From positions 83,700,001-83,764,000 of the forward strand of contig OX597825.1 in NCBI GenBank assembly GCA_951406725.2: a stretch of DNA of 64,000 nucleotides, given 5' to 3'. The DNA is from Octopus vulgaris (taxonomy: Eukaryota). Numbering within the stretch: the first letter of the stretch is position 1; each line of letters begins with the position of its first letter. Made by a program: the position numbers and the translations under genes. Shown here piece after piece: positions 12,621-25,875 of the stretch. The notes under the pieces are model-generated. The model saw only the letters and a list, made by a program, of their open reading frames with translations. It ran no database searches and had not been told where the DNA came from.

Positions 12621-13603
12621 CCACGAAAATTAGCAACAAACGTGATGTGATCAGCCAAATCAAAGCTGGGTTCGCTGGTGCTCTGATTTTTATCTGATCC
12701 TGTCTCTCAGGTTCGCTCTTTACACGTTAAATAAAATCCAAAATAAACGCTTGACAATTATCAAATTGTTTTCCTTGTGTTCCTAAAGCTATATTCACCT
12801 TTTCTCGCTGAATTCTTTGTATCAATCTAAGAACAATGTTGTCCATAAACTGTGCACTTTTACCCAAATATATTTCGATTTGTATCAGAAAATAATTTTG
12901 AAATGCTCTAATAACACTATTGATCTTCTCGTTATTCAACTCCGTGACAGTTACCGAAAGGCAGTGGCTCTCGAACAATATCATTTTCCATTCTATGTAA
13001 ACCCCTTTCAATTTATAGTCATAAATCACCACAAGAAATGAAAAAAAGTGCCATATGAATTCTATAAACTAAAACACGTAACATATACGTACAGACACGC
13101 GCGCAAACGCAGTAGCAGAGGCAACGCGGTTATTGCTTAAAATATATTTCCGTTTTAGACTTTTGCAAGCATCAGATCAGTCTATTACGCAGACACATAA
13201 TCTCCATTCAGTTCTAAGCTAAATCTGTCTTGTAAATCATTAACATTCTACAGACTGCATATTCTTCAACTTTTTCGCTGCTTCGTATTTTTTCTTGCCG
13301 GGTGGAGTTAAAAGATTTGTTTCTAATCCAATTATTGTATTATATTGAACTAATTTAACTTGCAAAACAGTCTATTTGATAGAAACGAAGAACGGCTGAA
13401 ACATTTTCTACGTTGCGCGTGTAGAAATTCATTGTCTTTGTAATAAAGCAGGTTTCTACCCGCCGGTAAAGCAAGTCTGTTGAGACAATCATCTAATTTT
13501 CGAGGAAGATAACCGTTGAAAATATATGCACCAACGAAGGAGCATCTACACAGTTACAAGCCATACTAAAAATAGTAGCTAAATCTCGCTCAAATCACAT
13601 TCT

Positions 13604-13862
13604 ACAGAGTGCGTAATATATTTGAGAACAGATTTATGTTTATAAAAAAAAATAACTTTATTTATCAAAAAAATGCTAAGAGGATAAAAAAAAGCCTTCT
13701 TTTCTATAATATTATTCAATAAAGCCACCTTCAGCTTCAACAACTGCTTCTATATGAGATCTAAATCATCTAAATGCTAGAATCAAATTGGGCCTGGTTT
13801 ATTTTGGATATTACTCTGACTATGGCAGCTTTCAAAGAATTGTTCGTGTTATGGGCGTGTTC
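13604..13862 (-). mobile_element. Degenerate Tc1/mariner-superfamily transposase 3' end with likely TIR
   Basis: Minus strand reads HAHNTNNSLKAAIVRVISKINQ, then after frameshifts IEAVVEAEGGFIE*, a typical Tc1-like C-terminus; right end TA-CAGAGTGCG at ~13604. Confidence 0.65.
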
Positions 13863-13934
13863 ACACACACGCAAGCACACACACACACACGCAAGCACAT
13901 ACATACACACACATACATATATACATACATATTA

Positions 13935-14120
13935 AGAAATTTTCCCCAAAAAGACGAAGATATGTGTGTAAACAACAAACAGATGTATTAGCTTAACGCT
14001 CGGGAAGGAAGAAAATCTTTTACGTTTCGAGCCTACGCTCTTCAACAGAAAGGAACACATAAATAAACAGGGAGAGAAAACAGAGAAAGGTATTGTGGCT
14101 AGTGATCTATCATGGCGAAT
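13935..14120 (-). mobile_element. PLE terminal-repeat-like (pLTR) fragment carrying a hammerhead-like motif at 14016-14053
   Basis: Same family as 61375-61560; minus strand CCTTT-CTGTTGA-A-GAGC-GTAG-GCTC-GAAAC-GTA-AAAG, with core A6 replaced by U. Confidence 0.6.
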
Positions 14121-14121
14121 G

Positions 14122-14720
14122 CCATAATAAAATGGAGTACCGTTGAAATGTCCCAGTGAAGAGCTCAATAAAATGTAAGAACAACAGACCTAATATAAGG
14201 ATTTGGGATAGAGGAGAGAGACTGTGTACTGTTGTGAAAGTCAAATTTCCTGCGGAAGTTAGTATAAAGCTGAAGATCGGTGAAAAAGAGAATACCTACG
14301 CTGAGCTAGTGAGAAATCTGCAGTTACTCTATCCAGGTTACAAGTCCAGGTTTCTACCTGTAATTATTGGGGCCCTAGGATATGTAACACACCGCCTAAA
14401 TACCGATCTTGAGAAATTAGGCTTCTCGAAACCAGAAAGGAGAAAGTTAATTCGAAGACTACAGATCGAATCCATCACTGGAACTGTAAAAATCTGTAAA
14501 ACCTCCCAGAAGTTTATCATTTAAATATATACGAGCATGTCTAGATAGTCAACTATATGCATGAGAATACATATATAAAACAAAATATACAAATCTGCAC
14601 AGGTACATACATACAAACAAAAATACCCTGTTGTTGATGTTGAAATTCCAGTGAAGGAGTCTTGGACCTAGGTTACAAACCAGATCTTTCTCTTTTGGTA
14701 AGAAATCTTGAAATAAAACT
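14122..14720 (+). mobile_element. 3' end of an R2/R4-group non-LTR retrotransposon (restriction-like endonuclease domain plus 3' UTR)
   Basis: ORF 14156..14524 KCKNNRPNIRIWDR...EKENTYAEL...FLPVIIGALG fits the RPD-x-E/D-x-K-x-Y...PxxxGxLG endonuclease C-terminus. Partial tandem copy of the 3' end at 14748-14958. Confidence 0.8.
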
Positions 14721-15845
14721 GAACAATGAACAATGACATACATAGCTGATTCGAAGACCAAAGATCCAAGACATCACTGGAACTGTACAATTCTGTAAAA
14801 CTTTCCATAAACAAAATAAATAAATCTGCATATATATATACATAGATACATACAAAAATACCGTTAATGCTGGAATTTCAATAAAGAAGGTTTGGATCTA
14901 TGTTAGAAACCGTCTCTTTCTCTATTGGTAAGAAATCTTGAAATAAAACTGAAGAATCACATACATACATACGTATTTACATATGACGGGCTTCTTTCAG
15001 TTTCCGCTACCAAATCTACTCATAAGGCTTTGATCTTTCCGAAACTAAAGTTGAAACCACTTGCTCAAAGAGATATGCAGTGATATTGAACACTGAACTG
15101 GGTGTTTGGGATCAAACTTCTTACCACACAGCCACGCCTTCTTCGCCTGCATATCAAATTATAAACCATTTATTCAGGAACAGTTAAACTTATAATGTAC
15201 ATTAAATCCTATAACGCGCATTCAGCCAAACGATTTGTCAATGTTTTAACGAAATGTTGACGTTGTAAAAGTATCACTCCATGGCAGATAATTGCCTTTA
15301 ATGCGCATGTCAAGGGAATGGGCAAACAGAGGAGACGATCTACCAATTATATTAATAGCTAGATAAATGAAACCACATCAGTAATGCATTCTGCATAGAC
15401 TAAATGCAATAAAGTGAATAGAAAATCTTCTATTATCCATAGAATTAGTTGGAAATCTCCCTCTAGAATGCCTTGATAGCCAATAGCATGAAGCAAGGGG
15501 GATAACTCGAATAGAGTCCATAATATGTGGAGTTGTAATAAAACATAAAGATGTCCATTAATTTCACGGTTAGCTTCAGGGATTTCTCCACTCGGATACT
15601 GCATTTCGGATGTTTCGAAAAAATGTACGCAAATGATTTTATTTGTGCTATTCCCCTTACTTGCTCTTTTAGATTGTGAAAGAAACCTCAATAGAGTTTG
15701 TGCCTATTGATTGCATTGATAATCGTGCGTGGGCGTATAATACGCATACTCTGTACACTGTCCCATAAACACGCTTACGACACACATACATATCTATGCA
15801 CATATATATAAATATATATGATATAATATATTTCTTTTTTTTTTT

Positions 15846-16223
15846 CCTTGTTTCAGTCATTTTGACTGCGGCCATGCTGGAGCACCGCCTTTAATCGAGC
15901 AACTCGACCCCGGGACTTATTCTTTTGTAAGCCCAGTACTTATTCTATCGGTCTCTTTTGCCGAACCGCTAAGTAACGGGAACATAAACACACCGGCATC
16001 GGTTGTCAAATAATGCTAGGGGACAAACACAGATACAAACATACACACACACATATATATATACATATATACGACGGGCTTCTTTCAGTTTCCATCTACC
16101 AAATCCACTCACAAGGCTTTGGTCGGCCCGAGGCTATAGTAGAAGACACTTGCCCAAGGTGCCACGCAGTTGGACTGAACCCGGATCCATGTGGTTGGTA
16201 AGCAAGCTACTTGCCACTCCTGC
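15846..16223 (-). mobile_element. SINE family B
   Basis: Reverse complement of the family B consensus, near full length. 5'-only or degenerate copies also at 14985-15140, 32025-32150 and 37780-38140. Confidence 0.92.
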
Positions 16224-16784
16224 TATATATATATATATATATTCATTCACTCATTCTTTCTCTTTCTCACTCTCCCACTCATTCACACACATAAACTGTA
16301 GCTCTCACTCCCTCACTTCTCTCTCTAACTCTTTCGCTCACTCACACTTTCTCTTTCTCTCACTCTGTTACTCTTTCGCTCTCTATCTCTCTCGCTTTCT
16401 TTCTGACTCCAAAGCCACATACTTTGCATCCATGGTTAAAGAAACCACAGATTGCACCCATGCCTGCTTGGGAACCTAAAATAATTGGTGAAATCTTTAT
16501 ATGTGTATCCCAGAAAACGCGCCCAAGAGTGAGGGCTGATTCTACCGCACGATCATCTCCAAAGTACTAGTGACACATAAAATGTAGAGCAGCAAAGTTC
16601 CTTTCAGAATATGAAAACCTCTTTCTTGTACAGTCAGTCGAAAACCCGTATACCAGACGAAAGCAGGTCACAGGACTCACCCGGATCGAATGCGCAGTGT
16701 TTCAAGGTTTTAACAGTCGGAAAAACCCCTTTTGTTGATATCCCATAATATTCAAATATGACTGGGATCAATAAAAAAAATTAA

Positions 16785-16946
16785 GAGTGGCTGTGTGGTA
16801 AGCAGCTTGCTTCCCAACGACACGGTTTCGGGTTCCGTCCCACTACGTGGCACCTTGGGCAAGTGTCTGCTACTATAGCCTCAGACCGACCAAAGCCTTG
16901 TGAGTGGATTTGGTAGATGGAAACTGTAAGAAGCCCGTCGTAAATA

Positions 16947-16988
<42 letters not shown>

Positions 16989-17223
16989 TAAGAAAGTATG
17001 TATGTATGTGTAAATGTTTGTGTGTCTGTGTTTGTCCCCCAACATCGCTTGACGACCGATGCTGGTGTGTTTACGTCCCCGTAACCTAGCGGTTCAGCAA
17101 AAGAGTCCGATAGACTGCGTACTAGGCTTACAAAGAATAAGTACTGGGGTCAATTTGCTCGACTAAAGGCGCTGCTCCAGCATGGCCGCAGTCAAATGAC
17201 TGTAACAAGAAGAAGAGTAAAAG
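16785..17223 (+). mobile_element. SINE family B, full length
   Basis: Head, CACCTTGGGCAAGTGTC (CORE-like block), internal (TA)n, 3' tail. Confidence 0.92.
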
Positions 17224-17770
17224 TGTAATCAAGTCTAGTGGGTGGGAAGGGGGTCATCTTAATCCCCTGTTCCTTTAGTCCCCGAATTTCTAGCCTTGTG
17301 CTTTCAGAAAAAAAATTATGAAGGGAGTTGGATGCTACAGCGTCCTTTAAAATCCCTTGTGATATTTGTTCTGGCTCTTTCCTTTCAGACTTCGTATATT
17401 ACCTTGTCTTTCAGTTTCCCAGAGTCCATAAAATGAAGAAACAGCATAGTACAGGGGTCGATATGATTGATTAAATATCACTTTGGCAAATTTGAGGCCT
17501 TGTGTCTACGTAAGACACTGTTAATTAGATGTAAGGATATTGACTGTGTCAGTGGTATAGATTAATTATTGATTGTAAAGTGAATCCAATGTTTGGAATT
17601 CTCAAAATAAATATTACCATTGCTTGGGATGCGAGGGAATGGATATTTGTGCGTGGATGTTTCTTGAGCATTAGACAAAGAGAGATGGAGAGAGACAAAG
17701 GGACGTAGAATGAACAACAGGGAAAGAATGGCGCGGGTCAGAAGGGAAATGAAGCAAATAGAATGAAATT

Positions 17771-17813
<43 letters not shown>

Positions 17814-18016
17814 TGAATGCACAAACACATATTGATAGAGAAAGAGAGAAAGGCAGATAAATAATACAGACAGAGAGATATGGAGGATTATAGGGACATA
17901 TATACACATACACGCACAAATATATGTATATATTTATTTACTTATATTTATAAATACATATATATAAATATATATTTATATTCATATTTATATACAGAGA
18001 GAGAAACGTATATGTG

Positions 18017-18096
<80 letters not shown>

Positions 18097-18201
18097 TAGG
18101 TGAATGAATTATCCTATGTTTATCGTCAGCATGGAAAATTCGTTTAACCGAAACCTAAGGAATTTTGTTAACGTCTTCGTTCGACTCCATTCTTTCATTT
18201 A

Positions 18202-18251
<50 letters not shown>

Positions 18252-18473
18252 GAGAGATAGAGAGCGAGATACATCCATAAATATATACATACATAGAGTG
18301 TGTACGTATTTGTATGTGTGTGTGTGTTTATGTGTGTGTGTGTATGTATGTGCGTGCGTGCGTGTGTGTGTGCATTCAAAGTGAGATCTAGCGAGATAGA
18401 TAATTAGATAGATAGATGCAGATATAGAAGCAGACAGGCGGACAGAAACACAAACAAGCAGAATTTGAGGGAA

Positions 18474-18539
<66 letters not shown>

Positions 18540-19329
18540 TTATATATATATACTCACACCCACAGAGAAGGAGGGAGGGAGAGAAGTAGATGTGGGAGAG
18601 AGACAGGAAAGTTTTGCTATCATTAGCAGACATCTTAGATGTAATTCAAAGGCTGTTCTATTTTAATTACCTGAAATTTATGCGTCAAGTAAATTGATAT
18701 AAATTAATACAAACAGTCATATATTAATTAACAAGTGTTTCTACCATAGACAGCATACAGCCTGTTAGACTACTAATACGTTAACATTGGTGTTGGTATT
18801 GATGTTGTTACTGTTGTTGTTGTTGATGTTGCTGTCAGTTTTGGCCTCAACCATACGTAGGTCCTTCGTATTCAAGCAAATCTTATTAGCCTATGACCAA
18901 AAGACGTTCCTTCCGTGACAGTGCCATTTTGCCCCGTTTCGTTTTGCTTTATTTTCAGATATACCTTTATCTTTATATCATTGAAAACAAACATATTCGT
19001 CTCTTACTTTGTTGACACGAATGGGTGTAATCTGAGGAAAATTTGAGTGTTACTTTTAGCATGTCGATCAACAAAGTAGAGACATCTTCCTTGCTTCGAA
19101 GAGATGTTTTTGTTACTTTTTGTTTTTTTTATTTATATTTTGTTTGCTTGTTTGTTTGTTTTTGCCGACCTTCTTCAATAAAAGCATCAATATTGAAGTG
19201 GCAAAGAAAAATAGGACAAAATCAACAGAAACCTATCAGAAAATAAAGATTTTAAAATTCAAAATTCCACTGATATAAATAGTGAAACTTTGGACGGAAA
19301 ATCTTCCAAATCTATTTCACAGATACTTT

Positions 19330-20090
19330 TCATTCTTCAACAATATTTATAAGTAAAAATTATATTATACGAATTAGATCAGAATACTTACTCAAAAATT
19401 ACTATTCTATAATTTAGCGAAAGAATACAACCCCAGGTACATAGAATATAAACAATTATGCGGGAATAAAGCCTCCTACCTTGTTTAAACTCCGCAGATC
19501 GTGTAGAACGCTTCAGTAGAGACAGCGCATACATAACATTAAATTTTTTTAAATGCGCCATTTTAAGGTCTAGCCAGGTTCATGGGCCCGGTTTCCCTGT
19601 TTCTATGGCGTATGTGTTCCTCATCTGGACGGGACGCCAGGCCATCGCAGCGTTATTCATTTTTGCTAGCTGAGTAGACTGGAGCAACGTGAAATGAGTG
19701 TTTTGCTCAAGAACACAACGCGTCGCCCGGTCCAGGAATCGAAACCACAATCTTACGATCACAATGCTGACACCCTAACCACTATACATAACATTAGAGA
19801 ACCACAATGATAAATTCACAGCCATCCGAGACGCAGAAACATTAACCGAAAAAGTAAAATTATGGATAATCTGAAAGCACATTTTTAAAATTCCCTAAGC
19901 GTAAAAATTAACCCAAAACAATTATAAAGCAGATCATTATCACAGCAGCTTAATAATATTGAAGATAAATCAAGAGTCGCCAAGTTCGATATTGTAGAAT
20001 ACTAACCGTCCATTCCTAAGGGACTTCTGAAAGCCACGGGAGTTGCAAGAGAATACGATTATCTCACACGAATATCAGGATTATGAGTAT
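19330..20090 (+). pseudogene. Degenerate Penelope-like reverse transcriptase fragment, interrupted by a SINE
   Basis: With the SINE removed it reads AYITLENHNDKF and later NNIEDKSRVAKFDIVEY*PSI, matching PLE RT motifs (A-Y/F-ITLKDHK..F; FDI..Y/F-YPSI). Confidence 0.65.
19542..19783 (-). mobile_element. tRNA-derived SINE family D with 13-bp TSD
   Basis: Minus strand AGTGGTTAGGGTGTCAGC...GGTTTCGATTCCTGGACCGGGCG...TTGTGTTCTTGAGCAAAACAC; TSD ATACATAACATTA at 19529-19541 and 19784-19796. Confidence 0.9.
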
Positions 20091-20248
20091 TTTTTAACTT
20101 ATGAAGGCACGTATCTGGTTGTGGCTTAGATACGAATATTTTGATATGAATATTATTAGTTTAATCGAGCAAAGATGGCGACATTCTTTCGGTCTATATT
20201 TGCAACATATACAGAAAAATATAACACAGGCACACAAATATATACATT

Positions 20249-20666
20249 CTCTTTACTCTCTTTTACTCTTTTACTTGTTTCAGTCATTTGACTGCGGCCA
20301 TGCTGGAACACCGCCTTTAATCGAGCAACTCGACCCCGGGACTTATTCTTTTTGTAAGCCCAGTACTTATTCTATCGGTCTCTTTTGCCGAACCGCTAAG
20401 TAACGGGGACATAAACACACCAGCATCGGTTGTCAAGCAATGCTAGAGGGACAAACACAGACACACAAACACACACACATACATATACATATATATACAT
20501 ATATACGACAGGCTTCTTTCAGTTTCCGTCTACCAAATCCACTCACAAGGCTTTGGTCGGCCCGAGGCTATAGCAGAAGACACTCACCCAAGGTGCCACG
20601 CAGTGTGACTGAACCCGGAACATGTGGGTGGTGGACAAGCTACTTACCACACAGCCACTTCTGCGC
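20249..20666 (-). mobile_element. SINE family B, full length
   Basis: Near-identical to 15846-16223; (CTCTTTTA)n tail. Confidence 0.92.
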
Positions 20667-21282
20667 GTGATTAAAATTTTTTAAATCGACATTAGCCGGG
20701 TTTGAACTCGGAACATAAATGATTTCTAATTAAATACTGCGCAGCATTTTAGTCCGATGCTCAACCAGTTCTTGCAATCCACTTCTGTTCTGACTTGATT
20801 CGATTAATATTGCAAGCGTCTCTGGGACTTGAAATCAAAACTAATCGATATACACGAAATGAGAGAAAAGCATTGAAACCCATTAGAATTCACCATTGTA
20901 TTGGAATGAGGAACCATCCCCAAAAGTATTACATTACAAGCACTGAAGGAAAACAACGGAGAACATTTTTTAAAATGTAAATAACCAAAACAAAAATATA
21001 ATGCAATTCAATAAAGCACTGGTGAATATTGTAAACTTTGGATTTGCCCAAAATTATTTGAATACTAGAAAAATCGGAAAAATCGAATGTTATTTGTTTG
21101 GTCTGTGGAAACAGACAAATCAATGCAAGCCGTGTATCTGGTTTTGTTGATGTATATGTATTTTTTGTATTTTGTTTTTCCGTTTTTGTTTTTGTTTTGT
21201 TTAGAGAAAGACGATGTAAGCAGAGGGTTGTATTGTTTTTATACCGTTTTATTGGTTCCTTTTGTCTTGTTTTGGATAAGTT

Positions 21283-21960
<678 letters not shown>

Positions 21961-22815
21961 ATTTATGCTTGTTTGTTAGTACCTGTTGTCGATAATGATG
22001 TTGTTTCGCCGCCATAAACACCGATGTTACAAACACAACAAACAAGAGAATAGAATAAATACAAGATGCAACCATTTTTTTCTTCCCGATGCAAACTTTT
22101 GTCAATGAAGATAAAAAGTAATTTCTTTCTTCTCGTATTTCTTACAGCAAATTGGTAACTGATAGCCGCTTTATTCGATCTATCGTAGATTCTAGTCACC
22201 TTAAGCTTAACTTTGCTTTCTATGGAGAGGTTAATAATGAAATTATTTTTGTAAATGAAAAGCGTTCGTTTGACAAAATAGGGAGAGTGAGGGATGAGAA
22301 GTTTTATGGATCCATTCTGTATATTTTGTGTTCAAAAACATCTGAGGTGTAGTTTCTATTTTGTGCCTGTTGGGGTCTGATAGCATAAGGACCAGCCAGT
22401 CTAAGAGTCGTGTCCGTCTTATTCTCGTCTCCTTCTCTTCCTTTTCTTCTATCCTTTCCCTTTTTTACTATTATTTATATTTTTTCTTTTCTTCCTTTTT
22501 TTTCTCTTCTTCATCTTCTTCTTTGCTGTTTCTTCTATTTTTCCACTTCCCCTTCTTTCTTTCTTTCTTTTTTTCTTTTTCCCTCCTTCCTTTCTTTAGC
22601 TGTCTTCCATGCTGCCAGTTTGAAGTTATCTTCCGCTCTTAGATCCAAATGTTTCAAACGGTTTCAAGAGGTTATTACAGCAAACTATGTTACAGTAAAT
22701 TACATAATACAGTGCTTTGTCATAGTTGTGCATTTGAGTTGAAATCCTACAGTACATATTATCGTCTCGGTATACATTATTCGTCACCCTTTTTAAGACC
22801 ATTATGCTTAACTTG

Positions 22816-23386
22816 GGCAGTGAGCTGGCAGAAACGTTAGCACGCCGGGCGGAATGCTTAGCGGTATTTCGTCTGCCGCTAAGTTCTGAGTTCAAATTCC
22901 ACCGAGGTCAACTTTGCTTTTCATCCTTTCGGGGTCGATTAAATAAGTAGCAGTTATGCACTGGGGTCAATATAATCGACTTAATCCGTCTGTCTGTCCT
23001 TGTTTGTTGCCTCTGTGTTTATCCCCTTGTGGGTAGTAAAGAAATAGGTATTTTGTCTGCCGTTACGTTCTAGTTCAAATTCCACCGAGGTCGACTTTGC
23101 CTTTCATACTTTTGGGGTCGATTAAATAAGTACCAGTTGTGCACTGGGGTCGATGTAATCGACTTAATCCGTTCGTCCGACCTTGTTTGTCCCCTCTGTG
23201 GGTAGTAAAGACATACGTATTTCGACTGCCTTTACGTTCTGAGTTCAAATTCGGCCGAAGACGACTTTGCCTTTCATCCTTTCGGGGTCGATAAATTAAG
23301 TAGCAGTTGCGTACTAGGGTCGATCTAATTGACTGGCCCCCACCCCAAAAGTTTCGGGCCTTGTGTCAAGAGTAGAAAAAAAAGAA
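22816..23386 (+). mobile_element. SINE family A with one head and three tandem body units
   Basis: Units start at ~22863, 23047 and 23216; the last unit ends in a different tail GGGCCTTGTGTCAAGAGTAGAAAA. Confidence 0.9.
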
Positions 23387-25676
23387 TTTGTGCAATGTTT
23401 TCGAGTACCTTTCTGGGTTTTAAGGTATGTTTCTAGAGCCGTCCCACTAGTTGCAGACGCTCCGTGAAGGGGCGTGATCATTGCCTTCTCCCTGATTTAA
23501 AAGACAAGATAAATAAACGCTGTTGTTCCTACTTTCTCGAAGTCATTAAAAGCAATAGAGCAAATTAGTCGATTCCCTAATTAAATTTTTACGTTTCTAC
23601 TTTTTTTCATGACTGTTTAAAAAATGATTTCGATAACTATTTTTTTTAAATTAATGAAATTAGTGAGGGATTATTAATAACAGAAGTCATATTTTGATTC
23701 TTCGAATGGAAATTTGATAAAGTTTTCTAGAAACCTCGATGGAACAGAGATGGGGAAAACTAATGAGTTTCTAACAAGGAAATATCGTAGGTTTTATATA
23801 AAACCATCCAGAGTAAACAAAATAATATTTTTCACATACTGTAATAATTTAGATATAAAACCTAATGTGTTTTTGATTTATAATTGGTCCTTTTTAAATC
23901 GCTGAGGTAAGCTGGATGTATTTTCAGAGAGTTTTATATCGAGAATAAATGTATTGTTATCGGTTGTATCAGAAAGAATTCTTCAAGGCCGCCGTAAATA
24001 ATGTAGTCGAGTGGAAATGTTATTTCTTATTCAGAAATATCTTATAATATTTGTTATTTAAACCATAAAATATTATCAAAGACTTAAATATGAAAACCAC
24101 TTTTCGTAGTAAATGGTATTATCTATCCAACCTCTCAAAATAGATTTGAAACTTTTCTCTCAACAATCTTTTTAGATGTTGTATACTGTCGTTATTAGAT
24201 ACATACCTGGTAATTCTAGTCTTATAAAGAATCTTTTTTCAAATAAAGTTCCTCCACGTTATTCACAATACGCTCTTTTATAAAGATAGAAGCTTCGTGT
24301 TGAATTTTGAAAATCGTCTCAGACTGATACGTTGATGGCTGGTATTGTGCGATAATATCATAGGAATGACTATTTAGGAACATTGCCAATTATGTTCGTC
24401 TCTTGGACACAATATCTAGGGATTTTTCTTTTATGTGTAAATGAACAATTTAATTTTGATGTGTTGCATCTTCCTTCTAGAGCAAACTAAGAGGAATTAG
24501 ACAGTTAAAGACACTAACGCTTAACAGAAGTGTGGAAATAAATATGTCGCGAAAGCTATTTTGAGGTGTATCAAGAAAATGTTACTATTATCTGCCAGAG
24601 CCGACTCTTGGAGTGTGGGGTGGCTCATTCGAGCACTTTGAAGATTCAACAATGCCAAAGGGATTTTTATGGGTCCTGGCGCCCAGCATCTCCGGCAGGT
24701 CTCTCAAGAAACTCTTGCAACGCAGTATGGTCTCTGGGTTAAGTATTGGTTCTTAATTATTTCATAGAAAAGATGACAGGCAAAGCTGGTTTCAGTGTGA
24801 TTTGAACTCATATCCCATCAAGACATGACGGTTGTTTCAATTCACTTAAAATCCTGACAGTGGTCTCTATGCACTCGGCAATGTTCGAAATAAATGATTT
24901 CTTTGGATTGTTCACAAAGGATTGAGTGTTTAAGAGAACCGGGATTTGAGGTTTTATGATGTGTAATAAATTGGTTTGACTTTAGAAGCGGAATTGTTTC
25001 CTGGGAGGTCGCCTCGTGTTCTATGGCGCAGATTTCATAATCTTGGTTTAACACAAGGGTACATATTTTATAGGAACTTGATAAAAGGGAATTAGAGAAT
25101 CTACGAATATCAAAGCTTATTTCCAGCACCAGCAGCAGCAGCAGCAGCAGAAATGGAGCGCATCTGTGCTCTGAGATCAAACCGCATCGAGGTCAGCTTT
25201 CATTCCCTTTAGAATCGATAAAACGAATATCGATTTGTGGAATTGTATTTGTTCTGTCCCCTTGCTTTGGGAGGCCAATCCTCGAAGCTGTGGTCAGATA
25301 ATCTTGAAATACATATTAAACATTGCACAAAATATCTAATAGACTATACATATATAAAAGAATCATACATTATGTAAAGTCCCGTATGTTTATCGTTAAT
25401 CATAAGGGCTCTCGGTTATCCTACATTTTCACGGGAAGACCGTGTGGTCGTAAGGAAATCATAATAATTTCTGTCAAATATATTTCTCTGTAAAACACAC
25501 ACACACATACAGACACACGAACTTATTTCTCAATATGATTTCGAATGACATTAGGTGATCACTTCTTTCAAATTAGGTAAATTTATTATCATAAAGGAAA
25601 AGAAAATTATGTATCTATTTTCTACGTTATTTTGTGTTAAGTGTTAATAAGGTACTTCCTTCACAACAAACACACA

Positions 25677-25721
<45 letters not shown>

Positions 25722-25832
25722 TATCTATCTATCTATCTTTCTTTCTCTCTCTCTCATTCACTATCCCTCTCTCTCTCTCTCTCTTTCTCTCTTTGTATAT
25801 ATATATATATATATATATAACTCTCTCTTTCG

Positions 25833-25875
<43 letters not shown>

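Noticed and set aside
12727-13032. 101-aa minus-strand ORF
   Set aside because: No motif, splice context or repeat identity recognised.
15359-15691. 110-aa minus-strand ORF
   Set aside because: No recognisable domain; the length is attainable by chance.
22863-23386. Tandem units as a CRISPR-like array
   Set aside because: Units of ~170-184 bp with no unique spacers, no cas genes, and a eukaryotic SINE origin.
24842-25180. ORF with signal-peptide-like poly-Leu
   Set aside because: The Leu run is a (CTG)n microsatellite, and the start is a non-ATG codon inside a decayed SINE.
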